Source: Oscillospiraceae bacterium
Lineage (GTDB): Bacteria > Bacillota > Clostridia > Oscillospirales > Ruminococcaceae
NCBI GenBank assembly: GCA_031551485.1
Contig: JAVBNO010000019.1
Coordinates: forward strand, 7,574 to 71,573
Length of the DNA: 64,000 nt
Reading direction: 5' to 3'
This document shows, one piece after another, positions 1 to 8,779 of the stretch. Each line of letters starts with the position of its first letter. Within the stretch, counting starts at the first letter, position 1. Position numbers and translations under genes: made by a program. The notes below the pieces were generated by a model, which made no database searches, was not told where the DNA came from, and was given only the letters and a program-made list of their open reading frames with translations.

Positions 1-1
1 T

Positions 2-1114
2 TACGAAGATAAAAACGGTGTAAACGCTCTGTGCATTTCCGGCCCGAGCCTTGATAAATCGGCAGCTTATGTGTTGTATTCCACCGACGGCGAGAGCTGG
101 GAGCGGATGAGCACCGAGATGCCGGCAGGCTATAACTCGCGGGCATTTCAAATATTCAAGGGCGTGCTATACTGCGGGACAAACAATACGCTGGGCGGTG
201 AACAAGCAACGTTGCTTGCCACCGACAGCTACGCGGACGGCTTGAAAGCGGTTACACTGCCGGCGGCCGTTGTGGGAAACATTATGTCGCTTGCAGAAAT
301 GAACGGATATCTTTATATTGGAACAGCAAGCGGCAAAGGGTTTTCCGTGTGGAAATCGCAAGACCCAGCTTCTGGGGAATGGACGCTTGTTGTCGACAAC
401 GGCGCGGGCGACGCGCTTAATGAATGGGCGATGACGATGATGCCGTTTAATGGCTATCTTTATGTCGGCAGCGCAATTACCGGGGGAATCATAAGTGTTG
501 ACCCGGAAAAGCAATACGTTCCGTTCAAAGGTTTTGATTTAATCCGCATTGACGCTGACGACAACTGGGAACTCATTGTCGGCGGCGACCCGATTCACCC
601 GTCGGTGCCGTCCAAAGGAAAACGGGGTAAAAGCCGATATTCCTCCGGCTTCGGCAATGCATTCAACTGCTACTGCTGGCAGATGCACGAATATAACGGC
701 AGACTTTACCTTTCATCATGGGATGCGGCACTGTTGTATAAGGACGTTATTGTCAATGAAATTAAGAACGGCATTTTGTCCGGATTAGGCCTTGACGAGG
801 ATTCGGTTTTTGACCTTGCTTTTCTGGCCGGGCTTGTCAAGCAAATCGGCCTGACAGAGGAGCATTACAGATGGCTTGACTGGATTATCGCGGTTGCCAA
901 AAGCCTGCCGCGCTACCCAAGGGAACATGGGTTTGACCTGTATAGTACCAGGGATGGCAAGCACTTTTGCACCGAAACCCTTGATGGTTTTAGCAACCCT
1001 GAGAATTATGGCCTGCGGACGATGACTGCCGCAAGCGATGGCAAGCTGTACTTTGGCACAGCGAATGTCTACGAGGGCTGCGAGGTTTGGACTTATAAAA
1101 ACCGGGAATGCTGA
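2..1114 (+). CDS. Asp-box (BNR-like) beta-propeller repeat protein, 5'-truncated by the window edge
   Basis: The frame is open from nt 2, with no stop before the first ATG at 71. It has Asp-box-like SxDxGxxW motifs (YSTDGESWE, YSTRDGKHF) and recurring G-x-LY-x-G-T/S blade motifs (GVLYCGT, GYLYIGT, GYLYVGS, GRLYLSS, GKLYFGT). Confidence 0.6.
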   Translation, partial: YEDKNGVNALCISGPSLDKSAAYVLYSTDGESWERMSTEMPAGYNSRAFQIFKGVLYCGTNNTLGGEQATLLATDSYADGLKAVTLPAAVVGNIMSLAEMNGYLYIGTASGKGFSVWKSQDPASGEWTLVVDNGAGDALNEWAMTMMPFNGYLYVGSAITGGIISVDPEKQYVPFKGFDLIRIDADDNWELIVGGDPIHPSVPSKGKRGKSRYSSGFGNAFNCYCWQMHEYNGRLYLSSWDAALLYKDVIVNEIKNGILSGLGLDEDSVFDLAFLAGLVKQIGLTEEHYRWLDWIIAVAKSLPRYPREHGFDLYSTRDGKHFCTETLDGFSNPENYGLRTMTAASDGKLYFGTANVYEGCEVWTYKNREC

Positions 1115-1185
1115 ACTTTCAAAACATGCCGTTCGGGTTTATCCCGAACGGCATGTTTTTGTGTGGCTATTATCACAATGAACCG

Positions 1186-3048
1186 TCAGCTGGCATTGGC
1201 GAAGGCGAATTGGCTGTTGTACAGGCTGGCATAAAAGCCACCCAATTCCAGCAGTTCGCCGTGACGGCCGGTTTCCACAATATCACCTTCGTTTAAAACA
1301 ATGATGCTGTCGGCATCCCGGATGGTGGACAAGCGGTGGGCGATGACAAAGTTGGTGCGGCCTTTCATCAGGTTTTTCATGGCCTTTTGAATGAGCACCT
1401 CGGTGCGGGTGTCCACCGAGCTGGTGGCTTCGTCCAAAATAAGAATGTGCGGATTGGAAAGAATGGCCCGGGCGATGGTGAGCAGCTGCCGCTGGCCCTG
1501 GGAAATGTTGGAGGCGTCTTCGCCCAGCTCCATTTGGTAGCCGCCGGGAAGGCTGGCAATAAATTCATGGGCATGGGCGGCTTTGGCAGCCTCGATGACT
1601 TCTTCATCGGTGGCATTAAGGCGGCCATAGCGAATGTTTTCCATAATGGTGCCGTGGAAGAGCCAGGTATCCTGGAGCACCATACCGAAAAGGGAACGCA
1701 AATCCTGGCGGCGCATATCCATGATGTTCTGGCCGCCGATGGTGATGCTGCCGGACTGGGTGTCATAAAAACGGAGCATTAAGTTGACCAGGGTGGTTTT
1801 GCCCGCGCCGGTGGGGCCGACAATGGCGACCGTGCTGCCCTCGGGCACATCCAGGCTAAAGTCCTGGATAATAGGCTCGGCAGGATTGTAACCGAATTTG
1901 ACATGGCTGAAATCTACCGTGCCTTTCAAATCAGTGACGGCAACGGGGGCAGCGGCTTCGGGCATTTCTTCCGTCTCGTCAAGAAATTCGAAAATGCGCT
2001 CGGCGGCGGCAACAGTGGACTGAAGCTGGTTGGAGAGGTTGGCAATTTGGGTGATAGGTTGGGTGAAATTGCGCAAATATTGAATGAAGCTTTGGACATC
2101 GCCAACGCGCAGCCGGCCCATAATGACCAAAATGCAGCCGCCCACCGTGGCAATGACATAGCCAAGGTTGGCGAGAAAGTTGGTAAGCGGGAAGATGATG
2201 GAGGACCAGAATTGAGCGCGCCAGGCGTTGCCATAGAGTTTATCGTTAATGGCATCGAACGTTTGGGTGACCGCAGGCTCGCGGCCAAAGGCTTTGATGA
2301 CGGCCTGGCCGGTGTACATCTCCTCAATATGGCCGTTTATTTCGCCCAACGAGCTTTGCTGGCCCCGGAACAGCCCCTGCGAGCGTTTGATAATGCCGAA
2401 GGAAGAGAGGATGGTCAGAGGGATGATGAGCAGGACTACCAGCGAAAGCCAGGGGCTGACCACCAGCATCATCACCAGAATGGTGAGCAGGGTGAGCAGC
2501 GAGTTGAGAATTTGGGTTACCCCCTGTTGGAGGGTGGTGGAGACGGTGTCGACATCATTGGTAACACGGCTTAATATATCGCCGAACGTATTGCGGTCAA
2601 AGTAGGACAAAGGCAGGCGGCGCAGCTTTTGGTCAACCGACCGGCGCAGGGCGTACATTGTCTTTTGGGAGATGCCGGAGATGATGAAGCTTTGAAGATA
2701 GTTAAACAGGGCGGACAGAAGGTAGAAAATGCCCAGCCAGGTCAGGATGGTGGCAATGCGGCCAAAATCGATGCCGCCGGCGCCCTCTGTCATCCGCTTG
2801 GCGCCCTCGACAAGCTCGTTTGTGGCAAAACCGAGAATGCGGGGGCCCATATTCTGGGCCGCCACGGCAATGACGGTGAGGATGAAAACAGCCACGAGTC
2901 CCAGGCGGTAGGGCTTCATGAAAGCCAGCAGCCGCGCGACAGTGCCTTTGAAGTTTTTAGGCTTTTGGCCCACATTGGCAAAGGCGCCGGGGCCGCCGCC
3001 CATACGCATGCCGTGGGGCCTCTGGTTTTGATGTTTGTTGTCGCTCAT
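1186..3048 (-). CDS. ABC exporter, fused permease/ATPase subunit (MdlB/LmrD-like heterodimer partner)
   Basis: Six-TM N-terminal half. Walker A GPTGAGKTT, signature ISQGQRQ, Walker B ILILDEATS. I chose the start at MSDNKH (ATG 3048) because it forms an ATGA overlap with the upstream stop and follows AGGAGG. Confidence 0.9.
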   Translation of the reverse strand: MSDNKHQNQRPHGMRMGGGPGAFANVGQKPKNFKGTVARLLAFMKPYRLGLVAVFILTVIAVAAQNMGPRILGFATNELVEGAKRMTEGAGGIDFGRIATILTWLGIFYLLSALFNYLQSFIISGISQKTMYALRRSVDQKLRRLPLSYFDRNTFGDILSRVTNDVDTVSTTLQQGVTQILNSLLTLLTILVMMLVVSPWLSLVVLLIIPLTILSSFGIIKRSQGLFRGQQSSLGEINGHIEEMYTGQAVIKAFGREPAVTQTFDAINDKLYGNAWRAQFWSSIIFPLTNFLANLGYVIATVGGCILVIMGRLRVGDVQSFIQYLRNFTQPITQIANLSNQLQSTVAAAERIFEFLDETEEMPEAAAPVAVTDLKGTVDFSHVKFGYNPAEPIIQDFSLDVPEGSTVAIVGPTGAGKTTLVNLMLRFYDTQSGSITIGGQNIMDMRRQDLRSLFGMVLQDTWLFHGTIMENIRYGRLNATDEEVIEAAKAAHAHEFIASLPGGYQMELGEDASNISQGQRQLLTIARAILSNPHILILDEATSSVDTRTEVLIQKAMKNLMKGRTNFVIAHRLSTIRDADSIIVLNEGDIVETGRHGELLELGGFYASLYNSQFAFANAS

Positions 3049-4775
3049 ACGGCTGCCTCCTTGGGGGAAAGTTGGGATGAAACAATTTCGTTGTAAATGC
3101 CGCAGTTTTGGCACAGTTGGCGGTGGGTGCCAATGCCGACAATTTTGCCCGCGTCCAGCACAATAATCTGGTCGGCGTTCATAATGGTGCTGACCCGCTG
3201 CGCTACAATGATGACTGTGGCGTCGCCCGTTATGCCGGCAAGCTCGCCTCGCAACCGGGAGTCGGTCTTGAAGTCAAGGGCGGAAAAGCAATCGTCAAAG
3301 ATGTAGATTTTGGGGCGGCGCACAATGGCCCGGGCAATGGAGAGCCGCTGTTTTTGGCCGCCGGAAAGGTTTGTGGCGCCCTGGGCCAAATGGGTTTGGA
3401 AGCCCTCTTCTTTTTCTCCGATAAAATCCAGCGCCTGGGCGATGGCGGCGGCCTCCTCCAGCTGCTTATCGGTGGCGTTTGGGTTGCCGTCCCGCAGGTT
3501 GTCGGAAATGGTGCCGCTGAACAGTACAGGCTTTTGGGGGGCAAAGCCAATGATGGACCGCAGGTCGGCCTGGCGGAAGTTGGGAAGAGGTACCCCGTCC
3601 ACAGTGACGGCGCCTTTTGTCACCTCGTAAAGCCGCAGGATCATATTGACCAGCGTGGTTTTGCCGGAGCCGGTGGAGCCGATAATGGCTGTGGTTTGGC
3701 CGGGCCGGGCCGTAAAGCTGATATCCGACAGCGCCGGCCCGCTGGCGCCCTGGTAGGTAAAGCTGACGTCGTTAAACGTCACAATGCCTTTGGGGTTTGT
3801 AAGTTCCACCGGATTTTTCGGGTCGGTAATGGCGGGAACCGTATCCAACACCTCGTTAATGCGGCCGGCGGAGGTGAGCGCCCGGGGGAGCATAACAAAA
3901 ATCATCGAGAGCATCATCAGGGAACCCATAATCATGTTTACATATTCGATCAGGGCCATGAGGTCGCCCACAAGAATGCCGCTCGACGCCACCATGGGTC
4001 CGCCACGCCAGACAATGAAGATGGCAGTACCGTTGAGCACCAGGGTAAGCAGCGGCATCATCACGCTCATGATGCGAAACATTTTGAGGGAGGTGCCCGT
4101 TAAGTCTTTATTGGCCATGTCGAAGCGCTGTTCTTCAAAATCTTCGGTGCCAAAGGCGCGCATAACCCGAATGCCGGTGAGCTTTTCCCGCATGACCTGA
4201 TTCATGCGGTCAATGCGCTTTTGCATCGTTTTCGTCAGCGGCACGATAAAGCGGTTGGCCAGATAAACCACCGCGATGAGAAGGGGCATCGAGACGAAAA
4301 TGACATTGGAGAGCTGGGCGTTTTTATGATAGGCCATGATAATGCCGCCAATGGCCATCAAAGGGGACATGGCCGCAATGCGCAGGGACATGAAAATGAC
4401 CATCTGCACATTTTGGATGTCGTTGGTGGTGCGGGTGATGAGGGAAGAGGTGCTGAAGTGGTCAAATTCCGCCAGCGAAAAATTTTCCACTTTGCGAAAA
4501 ACGGCGCTGCGCAAGTCGCGGCCAAAACGCATGGAGGTTTGGGAGGCGAAATAGCCGGACAGAATGTTGACGGCAATGCCGGCAAGGGCGACCAACAACA
4601 TAAAAATGCCGGTGCGCAGCACATAGGGCAGGTCTTTTTGCATGACCCCGTTGTTAATGATCAGCGACATAAAGTTGGGCAAGAAGAGGTTGCAGAAGAC
4701 GCCCGAAAAAGTTAAGGCAAGTGAGAAAATAGCCATTTTTGTATATGGCTTCACATAACGTAACAGTTTAGTCAC
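3045..4775 (-). CDS. ABC exporter, fused permease/ATPase subunit
   Basis: TM domain plus Walker A GSTGSGKTT, signature LSGGQKQR and Walker B IYIFDDCFSALD. GTG start preceded by GGAGGAA; overlaps the MarR stop by 8 nt. Confidence 0.9.
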   Translation of the reverse strand: MTKLLRYVKPYTKMAIFSLALTFSGVFCNLFLPNFMSLIINNGVMQKDLPYVLRTGIFMLLVALAGIAVNILSGYFASQTSMRFGRDLRSAVFRKVENFSLAEFDHFSTSSLITRTTNDIQNVQMVIFMSLRIAAMSPLMAIGGIIMAYHKNAQLSNVIFVSMPLLIAVVYLANRFIVPLTKTMQKRIDRMNQVMREKLTGIRVMRAFGTEDFEEQRFDMANKDLTGTSLKMFRIMSVMMPLLTLVLNGTAIFIVWRGGPMVASSGILVGDLMALIEYVNMIMGSLMMLSMIFVMLPRALTSAGRINEVLDTVPAITDPKNPVELTNPKGIVTFNDVSFTYQGASGPALSDISFTARPGQTTAIIGSTGSGKTTLVNMILRLYEVTKGAVTVDGVPLPNFRQADLRSIIGFAPQKPVLFSGTISDNLRDGNPNATDKQLEEAAAIAQALDFIGEKEEGFQTHLAQGATNLSGGQKQRLSIARAIVRRPKIYIFDDCFSALDFKTDSRLRGELAGITGDATVIIVAQRVSTIMNADQIIVLDAGKIVGIGTHRQLCQNCGIYNEIVSSQLSPKEAAV

Positions 4776-5232
4776 GAGGATTTCCTCCGATTTGTGTGTA
4801 TTCTTTCATATAGTCCGCCACCGTTTCCAATATGCGCAGGGCGTGGGCTGTTTCCTCTTCGCCCAGGCGGTCTAATATGCCACCCAACAGTTGGGTGCGG
4901 TGTTCATCCATTTGGGCAAAGGCCTCCTCCCCCTTGGGGGTAAGATGGAGGTGCACCATCCGCCGATCGTTGGGGCAGTGGCTGCGGGTGATATAGCCGT
5001 TGTTTTCCAGCTGATTCAGGATGGGGGAAATGGTGGGCGGCTGCACCTGCAAATGGCTGCTGACGAGGGAAGGGGGCAATTTATCCTGCGCCGCTTTTTG
5101 CAGATGTATGATGGCCTCCAGTATGTTAAATTCTAATGGGCGCAGGGGCAGAACCCGGTTTGTGTGAGCCTGAAGCCTCCGCAATCGGTGAAGCGCGCTA
5201 TGTATGCGCCGAATGTCGTCGGGATTTGCCAT
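4768..5232 (-). CDS. MarR-family transcriptional regulator
   Basis: 154-aa winged-HTH pattern (ISPILNQLENNGYITRSHCPNDRRMVHLHLTPKGEE). It is the first gene of the exporter operon. Confidence 0.85.
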   Translation of the reverse strand: MANPDDIRRIHSALHRLRRLQAHTNRVLPLRPLEFNILEAIIHLQKAAQDKLPPSLVSSHLQVQPPTISPILNQLENNGYITRSHCPNDRRMVHLHLTPKGEEAFAQMDEHRTQLLGGILDRLGEEETAHALRILETVADYMKEYTQIGGNPRD

Positions 5233-5335
5233 GCATATGCCTCCTTTGGTCGGGACTGCGCCGGTAAAAGTGGGATAAGCGCTGCCCAGCTGTGAAATGG
5301 ATCCTTTCCATTTAAAGATGATTCTCCATATCGTG

Positions 5336-5372
5336 ATCTATTATACAATAGATAGTTAGGGATAACAACTAT
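5336..5372. promoter_or_regulatory. Two adjacent inverted repeats, candidate MarR operator
   Basis: ATCTATT-N4-AATAGAT (5336-5353) and ATAGTT-N9-AACTAT (5352-5372) lie about 100 nt upstream of the marR start in AT-rich DNA. Confidence 0.4.
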
Positions 5373-5708
5373 TATTTTGCCTAATATTTATGGTGTATAA
5401 CTATTTGTTTATGGGTTATTTTGACAAAATGCATCCGGCGGCCGCGGTCAAATGGGTTTGCGCAGGCAAATTGTTTGTTCTGTGCGTATCGTCAGCCAGA
5501 GTGATGCTTGCCGCCATCAATCCATTGGTCGGGCCGTTGGATAGTTGTTGTCTTTGGCAGGGGAGTGTAGTATAATCAGGGCAGACGCAACATTGTCTTT
5601 TTTTGCCGTATTATAGGCCAAAGCGCAAAAGAGAGAAGCAATTTTCGGGACAGGAAGGCTTGTTGCCGCGGCAACCTGTCAAGGGGCGGACAGCAAGGGA
5701 AAAGGAGA

Positions 5709-6341
5709 ATGGAGATGGCGCAGCGAAGAAGACACAGAGAGACGCAAAAAGTGACGACACAGAAACCGCAACAAAAACCGGCGCCCAGCAGGCGGCCGGC
5801 CAGCCCGGCCATGCGTTATTTGGCCCTGGCGCTCGGCCTTGTGGTGGCGGTGGGCATTGGTTTTTTGCTGTCCAAGCTGGCGCCCGGCGACATGACCCCG
5901 CCACAGGGCGGGGGCGCTTCCCAAAGCGGGGGTTCGCCGCTCGGGTCTATATCGGACATTGATCCCGGCGCCGTAGAGGGGCGGATACCCAACGGAGATG
6001 TGGAAATTGAAGGGGATCCCACCGGACAGCACTTTTTTTATCAGGTCAATTTGACGCCGGTTTTTCCCACCGGGGGCGAAGCGGGCACTGTGGGTGCCGA
6101 AAACCCGCCGGGTAATCTTTACAATATGCGTATCAGCTATGTGCTGGAAGGGGAGAACGCGCCGGTTTACCAATCGGGGGTGATTCCGCCGGGGTATTAC
6201 ATTGCGGGTGGTAAGCTGAACCGGACGCTGGCCAACGGCGGCTATGCCGGCATTGCCTTTATCGAGGCCATCGACCCGGCCAGCGGCGAAGTGGTGGATT
6301 CCTTTGTCGAGACGATTTTTGTACAGGTAGGACCTAAATAG
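5709..6341 (+). CDS. Hypothetical single-pass membrane protein with a basic N-terminal tail
   Basis: AAGGAGA ribosome-binding site. Arg/Lys/Gln-rich tail, one TM segment (YLALALGLVVAVGIGFLL), then a Gly/Pro-rich ectodomain. I recognise no family. The start could instead be the internal Met at MRYLAL. Confidence 0.55.
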   Translation: MEMAQRRRHRETQKVTTQKPQQKPAPSRRPASPAMRYLALALGLVVAVGIGFLLSKLAPGDMTPPQGGGASQSGGSPLGSISDIDPGAVEGRIPNGDVEIEGDPTGQHFFYQVNLTPVFPTGGEAGTVGAENPPGNLYNMRISYVLEGENAPVYQSGVIPPGYYIAGGKLNRTLANGGYAGIAFIEAIDPASGEVVDSFVETIFVQVGPK

Positions 6342-6369
6342 GCTTTTGATTTTACAGGGAGGCAAAAAG

Positions 6370-7029
6370 ATGGAATTGTCAGAGCGGGCGACATTTTTGC
6401 AGCATTGCCAAAGTGCCCTTGGGGACATTTACGATAAGATCAAGAAGCTAGAGGCCATTCCTCTTGACAGTCTGCCGCCCCAGGAGACCTTGGTGATTTC
6501 GGTAGACATGAACCGGGGTTTTTGTTATGGCGGGAATTTGTACTCCAAACGGGTGCAGGATATTTTGCCCGCCACTGGCGTTTTTTTTGACCGATGTATT
6601 GAGGGGCAATATGCGCTGCTGGCATTTTCGGACCGGCACGGGCCCGATTCCCCCGAACTGAAAAGCTACCCGGAACACTGCATGGCCGACAGCGCCGAGT
6701 GGGAGCTGGCCGACGAAATTTCCCGGCTGCGGCCCTTTACGCTTTTTAAAAATTCCTCCAACAGTTTTTTTGCGGGGCTGGAGGCAAAAATAACACCGGA
6801 GATGCGCCGTTTTGTCATTACCGGGTGCTGCACCGATATTTGCATCTACCAACTGGCGCTGACGCTGAAGACCTATTGCAATCAGCACAACCGGGAAGCA
6901 CAAGTCATTGTGCCCCTTGCTTTGGTGGAAACTTACGACGCGCCCTGGCACAGCGCCGATTTAACGAATGCCGTCTTTGTGGACAGCATGCTGGCCAACG
7001 GGGTGGAAGTCGTCAAGGATCTGCTTTAG
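6370..7029 (+). CDS. pncA: Isochorismatase-family cysteine hydrolase, probable nicotinamidase
   Basis: VISVDMNRGF (Asp) and ITGCCTDICIYQ (catalytic Cys) motifs. GGGAGG precedes the ATG at 6370. It sits immediately upstream of pncB. Confidence 0.7.
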   Translation: MELSERATFLQHCQSALGDIYDKIKKLEAIPLDSLPPQETLVISVDMNRGFCYGGNLYSKRVQDILPATGVFFDRCIEGQYALLAFSDRHGPDSPELKSYPEHCMADSAEWELADEISRLRPFTLFKNSSNSFFAGLEAKITPEMRRFVITGCCTDICIYQLALTLKTYCNQHNREAQVIVPLALVETYDAPWHSADLTNAVFVDSMLANGVEVVKDLL

Positions 7030-7117
7030 CAAAGAATGGGCGGGTTTGTCCCGGCATAGCACCGACAAAAGGAAGACAGGGTTGTTTAGGCATCCCACAA
7101 GATAAGGAGAAAAAATC

Positions 7118-8578
7118 ATGGCGCTGGATTGGCAGGACGGGCGAAATTTATCAATGCTCATTGATTATTATGAGCTGACGATGGCCAACGGGTATTTGGA
7201 AAACGGCATGGGAGACCGGGAAGCGGTGTTCGAGCTGTTTTTCCGGCGGATACCCGACGGAGGCGGTTTTGCCGTGTGCGCCGGGCTGGAGCAATTTATT
7301 GATTATATTAACGAATTGCAGTTTACCGACGCGGATATTGCTTATTTGGAAAGCAAAGGGCAATTTTCAAAAGCGTTTTTACAATATTTACGCACCATCC
7401 GCTTTGTCTGTGATGTATGGGCAGTGAAAGAGGGTACGCCGGTATTTCCCGGCGAACCGATGCTGGTTGTGAAAGGGCCGATTATTCAGGCCCAGTTGAT
7501 TGAGACAATGGCGCTTTTGACCATCAACTACCAGTCTCTTGTGGCCACCAAAGCCAACCGGCTTGTGCGGGCGGCCGAGGGGCGAACAGTGTTTGAATTT
7601 GGTTCCCGGCGGGCGCAAGGGTATGACGCCGCCATTTTGGGGGCGCGGGCGGCTTATATCGGCGGATGTGACGCCACAGCCTGCGCCATTGCCGACCGGG
7701 AATTTGGCATTCCCGCCGTGGGGACAATGGCTCACAGCTGGGTGCAAGCGTTTGACAGCGAATATGAATCTTTTGCCACCTACGCCCGGCAATACCCAAG
7801 CACATGCGCCTTGCTGGTGGACACCTACAACACCCTGCGGTCGGGTGTGCCCAACGCCATCCGCGCCTTTGACGAAATTGTGAAGCCGACTGGCCACCGG
7901 CCGGTGGGCATTCGCATTGACAGCGGCGACATCGCCTACTTATCCAAAGCGGCGCGGCAGATGCTGGACGAAGCGGGCTACCCCGATGTAAAGATTATCG
8001 CCTCCAATTCGCTGGATGAATACATCATCCGGGATTTGCTTTTGCAAGGGGCCAAAGTGGATATGTTTGGGGTGGGTGAGAACCTGATTACCAGCAAGTC
8101 CGACCCGATTTTCGGCGGGGTCTATAAAATGACCGCCATGGAGGATTCCCACGGTACGCTGACGGGTCGGATTAAACTGAGCGAGACAGAAGAGAAAATT
8201 ACGACGCCGGGCTTTAAGAATTTGTACCGGTTGTTCAGCCGGGAAAACAACAAGGCATTGGCCGATTACGTCACTTTGCGGGACGAAGTGGTGGATACGT
8301 CGACGCCGCTGACCATTTTCGACCCCATTGCCACCTGGAAACAAAAGACCCTTGTGGATTTTGAGGCCGCGTGTCTGTTGGAGCCGGTGTTTAGGCGGGG
8401 GGAACAGTGCTACCAAAGTCCCAAACTTTTGGATATCCGGGCGTTTTGCCAGGCGGAAATCGGGCGGCTGTGGGACGAGGTCAAGCGGTTTGAGTACCCC
8501 CACCGGTACTATGTGGACTTGTCGCGGACGCTTTGGCAGCTCAAGCAGGATTTGTTGCGGGGGCACAGCGGCAGCTAA
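7118..8578 (+). CDS. pncB: Nicotinate phosphoribosyltransferase
   Basis: 486 aa with the typical N-terminus LIDYYELTMANGY, plus FGSRRAQG and GTMAHSWVQ motifs. Confidence 0.9.
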   Translation: MALDWQDGRNLSMLIDYYELTMANGYLENGMGDREAVFELFFRRIPDGGGFAVCAGLEQFIDYINELQFTDADIAYLESKGQFSKAFLQYLRTIRFVCDVWAVKEGTPVFPGEPMLVVKGPIIQAQLIETMALLTINYQSLVATKANRLVRAAEGRTVFEFGSRRAQGYDAAILGARAAYIGGCDATACAIADREFGIPAVGTMAHSWVQAFDSEYESFATYARQYPSTCALLVDTYNTLRSGVPNAIRAFDEIVKPTGHRPVGIRIDSGDIAYLSKAARQMLDEAGYPDVKIIASNSLDEYIIRDLLLQGAKVDMFGVGENLITSKSDPIFGGVYKMTAMEDSHGTLTGRIKLSETEEKITTPGFKNLYRLFSRENNKALADYVTLRDEVVDTSTPLTIFDPIATWKQKTLVDFEAACLLEPVFRRGEQCYQSPKLLDIRAFCQAEIGRLWDEVKRFEYPHRYYVDLSRTLWQLKQDLLRGHSGS

Positions 8579-8648
8579 GTGCCGGATGCCGCAGAATGTG
8601 ATGGCCAAATTGGCTGTAATGCCAGCAGAATTTGGCAATTTTGCCAAA

Positions 8649-8688
8649 AAAACGCAAGAAAATGGTTAAAACCTTTCACTTGCGTTTT
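8649..8688 (+). terminator. Possible intrinsic terminator after pncB
   Basis: 10-bp stem AAAACGCAAG / CTTGCGTTTT with a 20-nt loop; the U-run is only the 3' half of the stem. Confidence 0.3.
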
Positions 8689-8779
8689 GCGGTGATGGTG
8701 ATATATTGGTATTAGACGATTTTTGGGGAAAATGGCCTCTCCAGCGCCGACCTCCATTTGAAAAGGTGATTTAGGGTTC

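Noticed and set aside
5679-6428. 249-aa minus-strand ORF overlapping the 5709-6341 gene and the pncA-like start
   Set aside because: It has no ribosome-binding site, an Arg-rich product, and overlaps two plus-strand genes that do have ribosome-binding sites. The plus-strand reading gives a sensible TM protein.
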